Assembly: GCA_964618725.1 (NCBI GenBank) | Contig: CAZUBK010000001.1 | Span: 196,908 to 260,907 of the forward strand | Direction: 5' to 3' | Length of the DNA: 64,000 nucleotides | Source of the DNA: an uncultured Pseudomonadales bacterium | GTDB taxonomy: Bacteria; Patescibacteriota; Microgenomatia; UBA1400; Chazhemtobacteraceae | In this document: positions 27,418-36,525 of the stretch, piece after piece | How the letters are laid out: every line of letters starts with the position of its first letter | How positions within the stretch are numbered: position 1 is the first letter of the stretch | Notes under the pieces: model-generated | Database searches by the model: none | Seen by the model: only the letters and a program-made list of their open reading frames with translations | What the model was told of the DNA's origin: nothing | Program-made: the position numbers and the translations under genes

Positions 27418-28713
27418 TTATTTAAGACCTATGCCTTGATAAGTAAATCCTGATTCTTTTAGGTCTAAGGAATCTAGATAATTTTTGGTGTCGATGATGA
27501 TTTTCTGATTCATCAGCTTACTAAAATTGTTGTAATTTATCTTTTGAAAATCTGACCAGGGGGTCATTAAGACTACACAATCTAGTTTATTGAAAAAATC
27601 TTTGTGGTTAGTGCAAATATCCATGAATTTGTGGGAGGAAACAACTGTGGTAATTGCTGGATCGTATGCCCTTAGTTTTGCTCCTTTGCTTTCAAGAAGA
27701 TCTGCTAGCTCCAGAGATTGTGAACGGCGAAGTGTGTTGGTATTTGGTTTATAGGTTAAGCCAAGAATTCCTATCTGTTTGTTTTTTAAGGAAGAAAGCT
27801 GTTTAGAAATTTTATTGACCAAAAGTGGGATTCTGTCTTGGTTGACTGAGTAAATGGATTTGATGAGTTTTGGTCTGTAACTTCGTTTACTAGACAGTTT
27901 ACTTAGGGTTTGTAAATCACGACCTAAAGTTCCACCAGCAAAGCCCAGACCTGGATTAATTGGTGAGTTAGGGCTGACTCGTTTATCTGATTTTAGTGCT
28001 TTGACTACTTCGGATGCGTCTGCACCAAAAAGTTCACACAGGTCTCCTAATTCGCTCGCAAAGCTAATATTCAGCGCTAGATAATAATTGAGGGCGTGCT
28101 TGGTCATTTCAGCACTCTCAAGGGCTACTGTTACAAAAGGACAGTCTAGGGAAGAGAAAACTTTTTGGAAATGTTCTAGAGATTTTAGATCATCACCGCC
28201 AATAATTACTCTGTCAGCTTTGAAAAAAGCATCCAAAGCCGTTCCGAGACGAAGGTTCTCAGGCCAACACAAGACATTAGCCTTTGGATTTTTCTTTCTT
28301 AACTTGTTTTGAAGCTGACGAGAAGTTCCAACCGGGATCTGACTGGAGATAATGATAGTACAGTGAGGGGAGGAATATCTTACAACCAGGTCAGATATTT
28401 TCTTAAAGGGCTTGATATCAATTCGATCGTTGTCGTCAACCGGAATATCCAAACAAATGAGGATATAGTCTTTGTCGTGAATGGCTTCTTTAGGATTGTT
28501 GGTGTAAATAAGATTCTTGTTTAAGTTCTCGTTTATTATTTCATTTAAACCTGGTTCAAGAATAGGCGCCTCCCCCTTGTTTAGTCTTTCGATTACTTTC
28601 GAGTCTGGATCGAAGGCTGCAACTTCGAACCCTAACTTAGCCAGACATGCGGAGTAAACACTGCCTAAGTGCCAAAGGCCCAGCACACCGATAGATGATT
28701 CAGTTTTTTTCAT
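27418..28713 (-). CDS. UDP-glucose/GDP-mannose dehydrogenase family nucleotide-sugar 6-dehydrogenase. It is WbpA/WecC-like, a candidate for producing a UDP-HexNAc uronic acid.
   Basis: IGVLGLWHLGSVYSA (GxGxxG), the 431 aa size and a central dimerisation region typical of the family. Confidence 0.8.
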   Translation of the reverse strand: MKKTESSIGVLGLWHLGSVYSACLAKLGFEVAAFDPDSKVIERLNKGEAPILEPGLNEIINENLNKNLIYTNNPKEAIHDKDYILICLDIPVDDNDRIDIKPFKKISDLVVRYSSPHCTIIISSQIPVGTSRQLQNKLRKKNPKANVLCWPENLRLGTALDAFFKADRVIIGGDDLKSLEHFQKVFSSLDCPFVTVALESAEMTKHALNYYLALNISFASELGDLCELFGADASEVVKALKSDKRVSPNSPINPGLGFAGGTLGRDLQTLSKLSSKRSYRPKLIKSIYSVNQDRIPLLVNKISKQLSSLKNKQIGILGLTYKPNTNTLRRSQSLELADLLESKGAKLRAYDPAITTVVSSHKFMDICTNHKDFFNKLDCVVLMTPWSDFQKINYNNFSKLMNQKIIIDTKNYLDSLDLKESGFTYQGIGLK

Positions 28714-29536
28714 AGAATAGGTCTTGGTCGATACGCCGTAATTTGTAGAGGTTACTACTAATATCTTTTAATTTCTTTAGATCTTCAACGGGATTCCATT
28801 TGGCGCTTAAAAGACAACCTGACAAATGATCTGATTCTTGACTAAGAAGGAAGTTGATTAATTTAGTCGTTAATTCAATTGGTGTTCCGCCTTGTTTCTT
28901 TCTGGCAAGTGCGTTGTCATATTCCACTTGACCTACTTTATCGACACCCTGAGAGATGATGTAATCTGTTATTTGAGTATTGATCGCCCCTGGAGCAATG
29001 CAGTTGACATGGATGCCAAATGGCTTAAGCTCATCTCCTATTACTTCAGTAAAGCCAGCGATTGCCACTTTTGAAGTGAAATATGGTGAAAAACGTGGCA
29101 TGGCTTTGGCTCCGACTCCAGCACCGCAAAGATTAATGATTCTGCCGTGACCTTGCCTTTTCATTATTGGAATGACAAGTTGAGTACAACTAATTGTTCC
29201 AAATAAATTGATTTCAAATGTTTTTTTCCATTCAATAGGGTTCATCTCTTCCAAGAAATCTGTGGGGCTTATAACCCCGGCATTATTGACAAGTACATCT
29301 ATCCCATGCAACTCCTCATTTGCAAAATTGATTAGCCTCTTGCAATCTTCATATGAAGAAACGTCAGAAACGATGCCGTGAATTCTATTGTCAGTAAGTC
29401 TGGCTGCTTGGTCTATGTCTTCTTGGGAACGAGAACAAACAACTACTTGAGCGTCTTGTTCAATTAAAGCTTTAGCAATAGAAAGACCTATCCCTTTTGT
29501 TCCACCAGTGACAACTGCTTTTATTTGTGTGAGCAC
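28700..29536 (-). CDS. SDR-family oxidoreductase.
   Basis: VTGGTKGIGLSIAKAL and a YFTSK catalytic pair. Confidence 0.8.
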   Translation of the reverse strand: MLTQIKAVVTGGTKGIGLSIAKALIEQDAQVVVCSRSQEDIDQAARLTDNRIHGIVSDVSSYEDCKRLINFANEELHGIDVLVNNAGVISPTDFLEEMNPIEWKKTFEINLFGTISCTQLVIPIMKRQGHGRIINLCGAGVGAKAMPRFSPYFTSKVAIAGFTEVIGDELKPFGIHVNCIAPGAINTQITDYIISQGVDKVGQVEYDNALARKKQGGTPIELTTKLINFLLSQESDHLSGCLLSAKWNPVEDLKKLKDISSNLYKLRRIDQDLFYEKN

Positions 29537-29544
29537 AGCTACCG

Positions 29545-29574
29545 ATTGTAGCGGACTATTGATGAAATAGACAA
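29545..29574 (-). promoter_or_regulatory. Candidate minus-strand promoter TTGTCT-18-TACAAT for the leftward operon starting with the SDR gene.
   Basis: Hexamers are read on the reverse complement. It lies back to back with the plus-strand promoter. Confidence 0.3.
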
Positions 29575-29589
29575 GGTGTCATATAGTCA

Positions 29590-29618
29590 TTGACATTGCT
29601 TCGAGGCTAGCTTAGAAT
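29590..29618 (+). promoter_or_regulatory. Near-consensus sigma70 promoter TTGACA-17-TAGAAT driving the rightward operon (P-loop gene, then gmhB, hddC, hddA, oxidoreductase).
   Basis: A perfect -35, a 17-nt spacer and a 5/6 -10 are read directly. AGGAG lies 7 nt before ATG 29663. Confidence 0.45.
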
Positions 29619-29662
29619 TGTGAAGATAATTATCGGTTTGAACCTTAAAAAAGGAGAGCGTA

Positions 29663-30328
29663 ATGTACGAGGGTTTAGCAGGAGTTGATCACCCAGGTTG
29701 GGGTTTTACAGCTTCCTTGTCACGGCCAACCCTTATCTTGGGTGCTGGGATTGGGGGTACTGGTAAAAGTAGTTTCTTCAAACCACTTTCTAAGACAATC
29801 CAGAATTCTGTTTACGTTGATAAAGATCTGTTGACTTATTCCTTCCTTTGGAAACCACATGATGGGGAAAGAAAAGACATGACGCGATACATTCCCAAGG
29901 AGTATATTCATCCAGATGATGAATACTATTGGAAACATGTCTTGCGACAGGGTTACCATTACTTATTGATGATGGCGCGGCAAATGCTGGCCTTAGGTAA
30001 GCATCCCATTTTGGATGGGAATTACATTAAGGAAATAAGATGGGGGTACTTGGAAACCGTATTGTTTCCTTTCTTGGAAGGTATAGATTACCAATTTAAG
30101 ATTGTATTGGTACACACCTCTCCTGAGATTATTCGTCAAAGGCTAATTGCGAGAGCGGCAGATCATGACAGAATTAAATTGAGTTCTGAAGAAGAATGGC
30201 AAAAGTTGTTAATGGAACAACCGCCAATCCCACCAGAGATCGAACAATATTCGCATGTAAAAGTCGATACCTCTGTTCCTGTTACAAAAGCACAGGTTTT
30301 AGAAGTGCTCGATTTTCTGTCTACATAA
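29663..30328 (+). CDS. P-loop NTPase / small kinase-like protein (AAA_33/zeta-toxin-like fold).
   Basis: Walker A GAGIGGTGKSS and the 221 aa size. It is the first gene of the heptose operon. Confidence 0.55.
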   Translation: MYEGLAGVDHPGWGFTASLSRPTLILGAGIGGTGKSSFFKPLSKTIQNSVYVDKDLLTYSFLWKPHDGERKDMTRYIPKEYIHPDDEYYWKHVLRQGYHYLLMMARQMLALGKHPILDGNYIKEIRWGYLETVLFPFLEGIDYQFKIVLVHTSPEIIRQRLIARAADHDRIKLSSEEEWQKLLMEQPPIPPEIEQYSHVKVDTSVPVTKAQVLEVLDFLST

Positions 30329-30341
30329 TAAAGGCACAGAG

Positions 30342-30367
30342 CCCTGAATTTTTTCAGGGCTATTTTG
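30342..30367 (+). terminator. Hairpin AGCCCTGAA-tttt-TTCAGGGCT followed by ATTTTG. It is a partial terminator or attenuator between the P-loop gene and gmhB.
   Basis: A 9-bp perfect stem is read directly and the U-tract is short. Confidence 0.35.
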
Positions 30368-30410
30368 TAACTTTAAGGAGCTGTTGAGGGAGGTGTGATA
30401 AGATTATTTT

Positions 30411-31007
30411 ATGGACAAAGCAATATTTCTTGACCGTGATGGGATAATAAATGAGTTTGTTTATTATCATGATATTGATACAATAGATGCGCCAAGAGGC
30501 GCTTCGCAGGTAAAGTTGGTACACGGAATAAGTCAATTGATTAAGGCAGTGAGAGAAATGGGGTTTAAAACTATAATTGCTTCAAATCAACCAGGGATGG
30601 CTTTGGGGAAATTAACTCGTGAATCTTTTGAGGGAATAACACAAAGAATTAAAAACTTGTTGGGTGAAGAGGGTGCCATATTAGACAACGAATATTACTG
30701 TACACACCATCCTTTTGGAATACATGAGTCTTTGGCGATACAATGCGATTGTCGCAAACCAGGAATTGGTATGTTTAAAAAGGCGGAGGATGAATTGGGA
30801 ATTGATCTGAAAAAGTCGTGGTTTATTGGCGATGGATTAACTGATGTCAAGGCAGGCTTCACAGCTGGCTGTAAGACGATTCTACGAGGTTTCCCTGATC
30901 AAACAGGATTTTTGGCTTTAGTAGAAAAGGAACTTGGAGACATTAAACCTGACTACATAATCCGAAAATTGCCTGAGGCAATAGAGATTATTCGCTCATA
31001 TGAATAG
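30411..31007 (+). CDS. gmhB: D-glycero-D-manno-heptose 1,7-bisphosphate phosphatase (HAD-IIIA, GmhB family).
   Basis: FLDRDGIIN (DxDGxxN HAD motif I), the roughly 190 aa size and its position beside the heptose kinase and nucleotidyltransferase. Confidence 0.75.
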   Translation: MDKAIFLDRDGIINEFVYYHDIDTIDAPRGASQVKLVHGISQLIKAVREMGFKTIIASNQPGMALGKLTRESFEGITQRIKNLLGEEGAILDNEYYCTHHPFGIHESLAIQCDCRKPGIGMFKKAEDELGIDLKKSWFIGDGLTDVKAGFTAGCKTILRGFPDQTGFLALVEKELGDIKPDYIIRKLPEAIEIIRSYE

Positions 31008-31773
31008 TTTCCGAGACACCCAGGTGATAGTAGTCGCTGGAGGCAGGGGCACAAGGTTGGCACCTTTGACTGACACCGTTCCAAAACCTATGGTTGAGGT
31101 TGCCGGTAAGCCAATCTTGGAACACACGCTTAATCATTTTGCCTCTTTTGGATTTCGTAAATTCATTCTTTGCTTGTGCTATTTACCAGAAAAAATTGAG
31201 GATTATTTTGGCGACGGTAGTAAGTTTGGTTTGCAGATTGAATATGGTTATGAGGATCCTAATGAGCCTTTGGGATCAGCGGGAGCTGTTAGTCTAGTCG
31301 AGAAGCATATCTGTGGAAGTTTCTTTGTAACCTACGCAGATATTTTGCGTCATTTAGATTTGATAGATCTTTGGTCCTTCCATAAAGGAAATGGTGGGCT
31401 GGCAACCCTTGCCCTTCACTCTAGCCAAAGTATTTTACCTCGCAGTAAGATACTGTTTGATAAAAAGTCAAAGAAAATTGAAGGTTTTATTGAGCATCCT
31501 ACTCCAGATCAAGTGACGGAGAGACCAGTTTGGGCCAATGGTTCCCTTTATTTGTTTGAAAGAGAAATATTTGACCACCTTCCTTATGGCAAAAAATTTG
31601 ATTTCGGATCAGATATCTTTCCACTTTTACTTAAGGAAGGAAAATCTATATATGGTTATCCAAACGACGATTATTTAATTGACATCGGAACACTAGAAAA
31701 ATTGCATTTAGCAGAGGATGATATAAAATCAGGTAAATTGAAAACCTATGATTATAGTAAGAGCGCCTTTTAG
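31000..31773 (+). CDS. hddC: Sugar-1-phosphate nucleotidyltransferase. It is a probable D-glycero-alpha-D-manno-heptose-1-P guanylyltransferase (HddC).
   Basis: VVAGGRGTRLAPLTDTVPKPMV signature (G-x-G-T-R-L). It overlaps gmhB by 8 nt and hddA by 26 nt. Confidence 0.65.
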   Translation: MNSFRDTQVIVVAGGRGTRLAPLTDTVPKPMVEVAGKPILEHTLNHFASFGFRKFILCLCYLPEKIEDYFGDGSKFGLQIEYGYEDPNEPLGSAGAVSLVEKHICGSFFVTYADILRHLDLIDLWSFHKGNGGLATLALHSSQSILPRSKILFDKKSKKIEGFIEHPTPDQVTERPVWANGSLYLFEREIFDHLPYGKKFDFGSDIFPLLLKEGKSIYGYPNDDYLIDIGTLEKLHLAEDDIKSGKLKTYDYSKSAF

Positions 31774-32734
31774 AATCCCTCTTGGTGGTGGGGGCACTGA
31801 TTTACCATCCTATTATTCCAAATTTGGAGGAGAACTCGTTTCTGTGGGAATTGATAAATACATGTTAGTGATTGTTAATCGACCAATGGTAGATAAATTG
31901 ATAAGAGTGAAATACTCGAAGTCTGAAATGGTAGAAAGTGTCGATCAAATCCAGCATGAATTGGTCCGCGAATCACTAAAGCTTGTCAGAATAGAAGACA
32001 GTATAGAGATTTCTTCCATTGCTGATGTGCCATCGGGTACAGGGATGGGATCTTCAGGTAGTTATTTAGTGGCCTTATTGAAAGCTTTACATACTTTCAA
32101 TAGGGATGAAGCGACAGTTAAACAAATTGCTAATGAAGCCTGCATGATAGAAATCGAAAAGTTGGGGTCTCCTGTGGGAAAGCAAGATCAATATATGGCA
32201 GCATTTGGTGGTCTTACTAAATTAGTTATTGATAAAAAGGGTGTTGTTGAAGTGATTAGACCAGAATTACCTATGGGAACAATGAAAGATTTAGAAAGCA
32301 GTTTGTGTATCTTTTATACTGGGATCAGAAGGGAGAGTAAAGAAGTTCTAACTAAACAGAGTAAGGCTACTTCTGATGGTGATAAGCAAGTAATAGATAG
32401 TCTTCATTATATTAAAGAAATTGGTGGTGAAATCTACAAAGCGATCCTAAAAGGGAATATTCATAAATTTGGAGCACTGATGGATCTTCATTGGCAGCAC
32501 AAGAGAAAACTAGCAAGCAATGTAAGCAGTAGTGATATTGATCGATGGTATCAAGAAGGTAAATATGCGGGAGCTCTTGGCGGTAAGATCATGGGCGCAG
32601 GCGGTGGGGGATTTTTGATGTTTTGTTGTCCGGGAGACAAGACTGCCTTGCGTGCCGCCATGGCGAAACAAGGATTAAGAGAAATGTTTTTCAATTTTGA
32701 TTACGACGGTGTTAAGATTTTAGTTGATTTTTAG
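31748..32734 (+). CDS. hddA: GHMP-family kinase, a probable D-glycero-alpha-D-manno-heptose 7-phosphate kinase (HddA).
   Basis: PFRIPLGGGGTDLP (GHMP motif) and GMGSSGS ATP-binding motifs, with a heptose-pathway neighbourhood. Confidence 0.7.
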   Translation: MIIVRAPFRIPLGGGGTDLPSYYSKFGGELVSVGIDKYMLVIVNRPMVDKLIRVKYSKSEMVESVDQIQHELVRESLKLVRIEDSIEISSIADVPSGTGMGSSGSYLVALLKALHTFNRDEATVKQIANEACMIEIEKLGSPVGKQDQYMAAFGGLTKLVIDKKGVVEVIRPELPMGTMKDLESSLCIFYTGIRRESKEVLTKQSKATSDGDKQVIDSLHYIKEIGGEIYKAILKGNIHKFGALMDLHWQHKRKLASNVSSSDIDRWYQEGKYAGALGGKIMGAGGGGFLMFCCPGDKTALRAAMAKQGLREMFFNFDYDGVKILVDF

Positions 32735-32741
32735 GAACTGA

Positions 32742-33863
32742 ATGAAAAAGGAGTTAAAGGTTTATATTGCCGGTACGGGGGCTGTATTTGAAGAAAAAAT
32801 GGTGAGAACACTAGCTATTTTAGGCTCAGAACAAAATAGATACTTGTTGGATATTGATATTGAACGCTTAATGAAAGCACCTGATGTCGGTGTAAAAATT
32901 GTAGGGGATTGTTTGAATCCACCAATTCGAGAAGTGCCTGAAAACGAGAGAGCGGAGACAACAGCGGTAATAGCGACACCTGATCATTTGGGAAGTATCA
33001 TCGGATTTATTGAAAGAGGCGTGCGACGTTTTATCGTTGAGAAACCATTGGTCAACAACAATCAGGAGGTAGAACAACTCAAAAAACTGATCACTCAGTA
33101 TCCAGATTTGCAAATATATGCTTTGGATTTTTATATTCAGAAATGTACTCCTTTATTGTTACTTGCTGGAACAATTTCTCCAGAAGACCCTAGATCAAAC
33201 TGGGTGAGGTTCCAAAACAACGAAGTTGTACCAGCGGAAATATTTGGGTCTATTGATAGTTTCATTGGAAAAATTGAAGGAATATCCGTGACGATTGTAG
33301 AAGGCGGAAAATTGGGAGTGCCTGATGTTGATGGTCGTTCTTGGCTTGAAAGGGACAAAAAGAGAGGTGGGGTACTGCTAGATTTAGCTATTCATGCAAT
33401 AGCTCCTCTGGTATCTTGCGGGTTGGTTACTTCTAAAAATGTGAATGTCATCCATGCAGAAAGAAAAAATTTCGGTGAAGATAGACGTTCTTTTATAGCA
33501 GCGCCTTCTGAAATGCCGGAAATGTACGCTCATGCCCTGCTGAGCTTGTTGACCGAAGATGCAAGAAATGTACCTATCGAGCTAACTGTTGGAAAGATAT
33601 TCCAAGACGGTGGTATATGGGAAATGGTGATTCGTGGTTCACAGGGAAACATAACAATTGGACTTCGTAGTGGACAACATTTAAGTGTTCAGTCAAATGG
33701 TTCGGCTGACTTTCAACTCAGCTTGGATAAAACAAATGATCCGTATGCATTGGCATTTCAAGAAGCAAAGATGTATTTTGAAGGTCGTCCGGGATTTGAC
33801 GGGAATCTTAAGGCAGCCCTCGAATCGATCGCGATTATAGAAGAGATTAAGCGCGTTTCTTAG
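32742..33863 (+). CDS. Gfo/Idh/MocA-like Rossmann oxidoreductase, a candidate GDP-heptose-modifying enzyme.
   Basis: IATPDHLGSIIGFIERGVRRFIVEKPL resembles the Gfo/Idh/MocA consensus around the EKP motif. It is the last gene of the operon. Confidence 0.45.
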   Translation: MKKELKVYIAGTGAVFEEKMVRTLAILGSEQNRYLLDIDIERLMKAPDVGVKIVGDCLNPPIREVPENERAETTAVIATPDHLGSIIGFIERGVRRFIVEKPLVNNNQEVEQLKKLITQYPDLQIYALDFYIQKCTPLLLLAGTISPEDPRSNWVRFQNNEVVPAEIFGSIDSFIGKIEGISVTIVEGGKLGVPDVDGRSWLERDKKRGGVLLDLAIHAIAPLVSCGLVTSKNVNVIHAERKNFGEDRRSFIAAPSEMPEMYAHALLSLLTEDARNVPIELTVGKIFQDGGIWEMVIRGSQGNITIGLRSGQHLSVQSNGSADFQLSLDKTNDPYALAFQEAKMYFEGRPGFDGNLKAALESIAIIEEIKRVS

Positions 33864-33870
33864 AAAGGTT

Positions 33871-34638
33871 CTAAATCAGTTTTAAATCCGGATTGTCTTT
33901 GACTTTTTCGAAGGCGGCGTCGAACTGGGCAATGGTTTCCAGGGCGCGGGTAGTAACCATAATTTTTTCGAGAATCTTTGGTGGGACTGTAACTATATCC
34001 GCGCCAAGACTAAAGGCTTCGATTATCTGATGCGGCTCTCGGACGCTGCCAATAATTATTTTCGTATCGAGTCGGTGATTGGCGAGATAGGTAATGGTGG
34101 CACTAAGAACGTCTTGAGGTTCTTGGCTCTCACCTCTTATAGAACTCTCCATAGCCCGTCCCCAGAATAGACTAATATAAGTACTGCCTTCTCCCGCATA
34201 GCGGCGACTGGCTTCGGCGGCTAACATCAACTGAGCGGTATTAATGCCGATAGTGGCATTGGTTTGGATGCCTCTTTGAGCCAATCTAGCAATTACTTTT
34301 AGGCCTTTTGTGTCATCAGGGATAATAGGAACTTTTATGACTGTATTGGTGGGAAAAAGTTCGTGGTAGGCAACAGCTAGGTCAACCATTTCCTCGGCTT
34401 CCATCTTACTGTCAGGAAGCTCGATTGAAATAGGGAAACCAGGGCCGACTATCTCACACATTTTGGTTAAGTGTCCAGGGATATCATAGATGCCTTCCTT
34501 TTCGAAAAGAATCAGTTGATTAGTGGTAATCCCCCCGATCACTTCCTGCCAGTTCCTAATCTGATTGAGGTCGCCCGAGTCAAGAAACCAACCAGATCGG
34601 TTCATGGGCGATCGGTTCTCTGGAGTAGTCTTAAGCAT
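33871..34638 (-). CDS. Transaldolase / fructose-6-phosphate aldolase family (TalC/FSA-type short transaldolase).
   Basis: FLDSGDL...GGITTNQ (D...TTNP-type active-site blocks) and the roughly 255 aa size. Confidence 0.65.
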   Translation of the reverse strand: MLKTTPENRSPMNRSGWFLDSGDLNQIRNWQEVIGGITTNQLILFEKEGIYDIPGHLTKMCEIVGPGFPISIELPDSKMEAEEMVDLAVAYHELFPTNTVIKVPIIPDDTKGLKVIARLAQRGIQTNATIGINTAQLMLAAEASRRYAGEGSTYISLFWGRAMESSIRGESQEPQDVLSATITYLANHRLDTKIIIGSVREPHQIIEAFSLGADIVTVPPKILEKIMVTTRALETIAQFDAAFEKVKDNPDLKLI

Positions 34639-35254
34639 TTTTTATCCTTTCTATTAGATCAAATATTAATCCGTGATTTAGTACTACATGAAAGGCTTCC
34701 ACTGCTGGCGTACCATAGGGTTCTGAATCGACTGGAACAACTAAACACACATCGGACATTTTTTTCATAGCCCCACCATCGAAACCTGAGAAACTAAGTA
34801 TCTTGGCATTTCTCTCCTGGGCGAGCCGCATCGCAGAGACGAGATTTTGAGACCATGGGCCAGCATTGCCGGAGCCTGAACCGCCATGGACTGAGAAGCC
34901 GACTAAAACGTCATTTTCAGTGAGCCAGTTCTTGAGTTGACCAGAAAAGACACTACCCCAGCCCTCGTCATTAGTCCAGGCGCTAGCTAGGGGAATATTG
35001 TCAACTAAGGAAATTGCCTTAAAGCCTAAGCGAGCTTTATACTTGGGAATAACGGTTTTAGCAAGATCGCCGGCAAAGTGTGTAGCGGTAGAGGAGGATC
35101 CGCCACAACCCATGGTGAAAACAACACCCTGATTTTGCCAACATTCAAATAGTAAATCAACGGCTTGTTGGTACTCTTTTGACTTACGAAAATGCTCTGC
35201 AATTTCACTAATTAAATCAAAGTATTTTTGCGAATTGAATTCTTGGGCATCCAT
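34631..35254 (-). CDS. gmhA: Second SIS-domain phosphoheptose isomerase (GmhA-like).
   Basis: FTMGCGGSSSTATHFAGDL and FSVHGGSGSG SIS motifs. It is a paralog of 1681..2253. Confidence 0.65.
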   Translation of the reverse strand: MDAQEFNSQKYFDLISEIAEHFRKSKEYQQAVDLLFECWQNQGVVFTMGCGGSSSTATHFAGDLAKTVIPKYKARLGFKAISLVDNIPLASAWTNDEGWGSVFSGQLKNWLTENDVLVGFSVHGGSGSGNAGPWSQNLVSAMRLAQERNAKILSFSGFDGGAMKKMSDVCLVVPVDSEPYGTPAVEAFHVVLNHGLIFDLIERIKNA

Positions 35255-35292
35255 GTGTAACCTATACTAGCATTTGAAAATTGACTGTCAAT

Positions 35293-36525
35293 ATGAAGAC
35301 AAGACTTAATTCTTACTACCTCAAGGACAAGAAGAAACTAATTGATTTCCTAGTGCCAACTGGCGCAAAAATTCAGAAAATCAAGGCTGAGGACTTTAGT
35401 TTGGGAAAGAAGTTTGATTATCTTGTTATGGACAATTTGATTGGTGAGATCAAAGATGTTTATAGCCTCTTTGAGCGAGTGAGGAAGCTCTGTAAAGATG
35501 ATACTAGATTAGTCATCACTTACTATAATCATCTCTGGGAACCAGTTTTGAAATTGGCATCGATACTAGGTTGGAAGAAACCAGTGGGCGAGTTAAATTG
35601 GCTAGATCAGGATGATATAAAAAATTTTTTGGAATTGACTGACTTTGAAGTTATCAATAGTGGGAAGAGACTATTAATACCAGTTAAGGTTCCTTACCTT
35701 TCTGACTTAGTGAATAAATGGATTGCACAACTGCCTGTGATTAATAGTCTATGCTTAACTACCTGGGTTACCGCGAGAGCAAAACCAAAAAAACGGCAGG
35801 AATTTTCTGTGAGCATTGTAATACCAGCACGAAATGAAAAAGGTAATATTTCGAAGGCCCTTAAATTGTTGCCAAAGTTTGGGAAATGGCAGGAAGTGAT
35901 CTTTGTCGAAGGACACTCTAAAGACAATACTTGGGAGAAGATAACAGAAGTCATAAGAGCGAATAAAAGGAAAAACTTAAGGTTAGTTGCCTTTAAACAA
36001 AAAGGTAGAGGTAAGGCAGATGCCGTGCGGCTGGGCTTTAGTAAGGCCAAGGGGGAACTTCTGATGATCCTTGATGCTGATCTGACAGTAGACCCTTTAG
36101 AACTACCGAAATTTTACAATGCGCTTTCGCAGGGTCAGGGCGAGTACATAAACGGAAGTCGGATGGTCTATCCAATGGAAAAAGAAGCGATGAGGACTTT
36201 AAATATATTGGGTAACAAAATTTTTTCGTTACTTTTTACTTGGATTTTGGGTCAGAGATTTAAGGATACTTTATGTGGAACAAAGGTGATGCTTAAAAAA
36301 GATTATTTAAGGATATCTAAAGGAAGAAAGTTCTTTGGCGATTTTGACCCATTCGGAGACTTTGACTTGATTTTTGGGGCGGTGAAGCAGAACTTGAAAG
36401 TGATAGAGATTCCGGTGAGATATAAGGAAAGAACTTATGGATCAACTAACATCAGCCGGTTTCGGCATGGCTGGTTGCTATTAAAGATGACATGGTTCGC
36501 TTTTCGGAAATTCAGAGCTTGGTGA
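35293..36525 (+). CDS. Two-domain protein with an N-terminal degenerate methyltransferase-like domain fused to a GT2 glycosyltransferase. The track ORF begins at TTG 35281.
   Basis: The GT2 part is FSVSIVIPARNEKGNI...ILDADLTVDP. The N-terminal 170 aa have a Rossmann-like segment but no GxGxG. Confidence 0.7.
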   Translation: MKTRLNSYYLKDKKKLIDFLVPTGAKIQKIKAEDFSLGKKFDYLVMDNLIGEIKDVYSLFERVRKLCKDDTRLVITYYNHLWEPVLKLASILGWKKPVGELNWLDQDDIKNFLELTDFEVINSGKRLLIPVKVPYLSDLVNKWIAQLPVINSLCLTTWVTARAKPKKRQEFSVSIVIPARNEKGNISKALKLLPKFGKWQEVIFVEGHSKDNTWEKITEVIRANKRKNLRLVAFKQKGRGKADAVRLGFSKAKGELLMILDADLTVDPLELPKFYNALSQGQGEYINGSRMVYPMEKEAMRTLNILGNKIFSLLFTWILGQRFKDTLCGTKVMLKKDYLRISKGRKFFGDFDPFGDFDLIFGAVKQNLKVIEIPVRYKERTYGSTNISRFRHGWLLLKMTWFAFRKFRAW

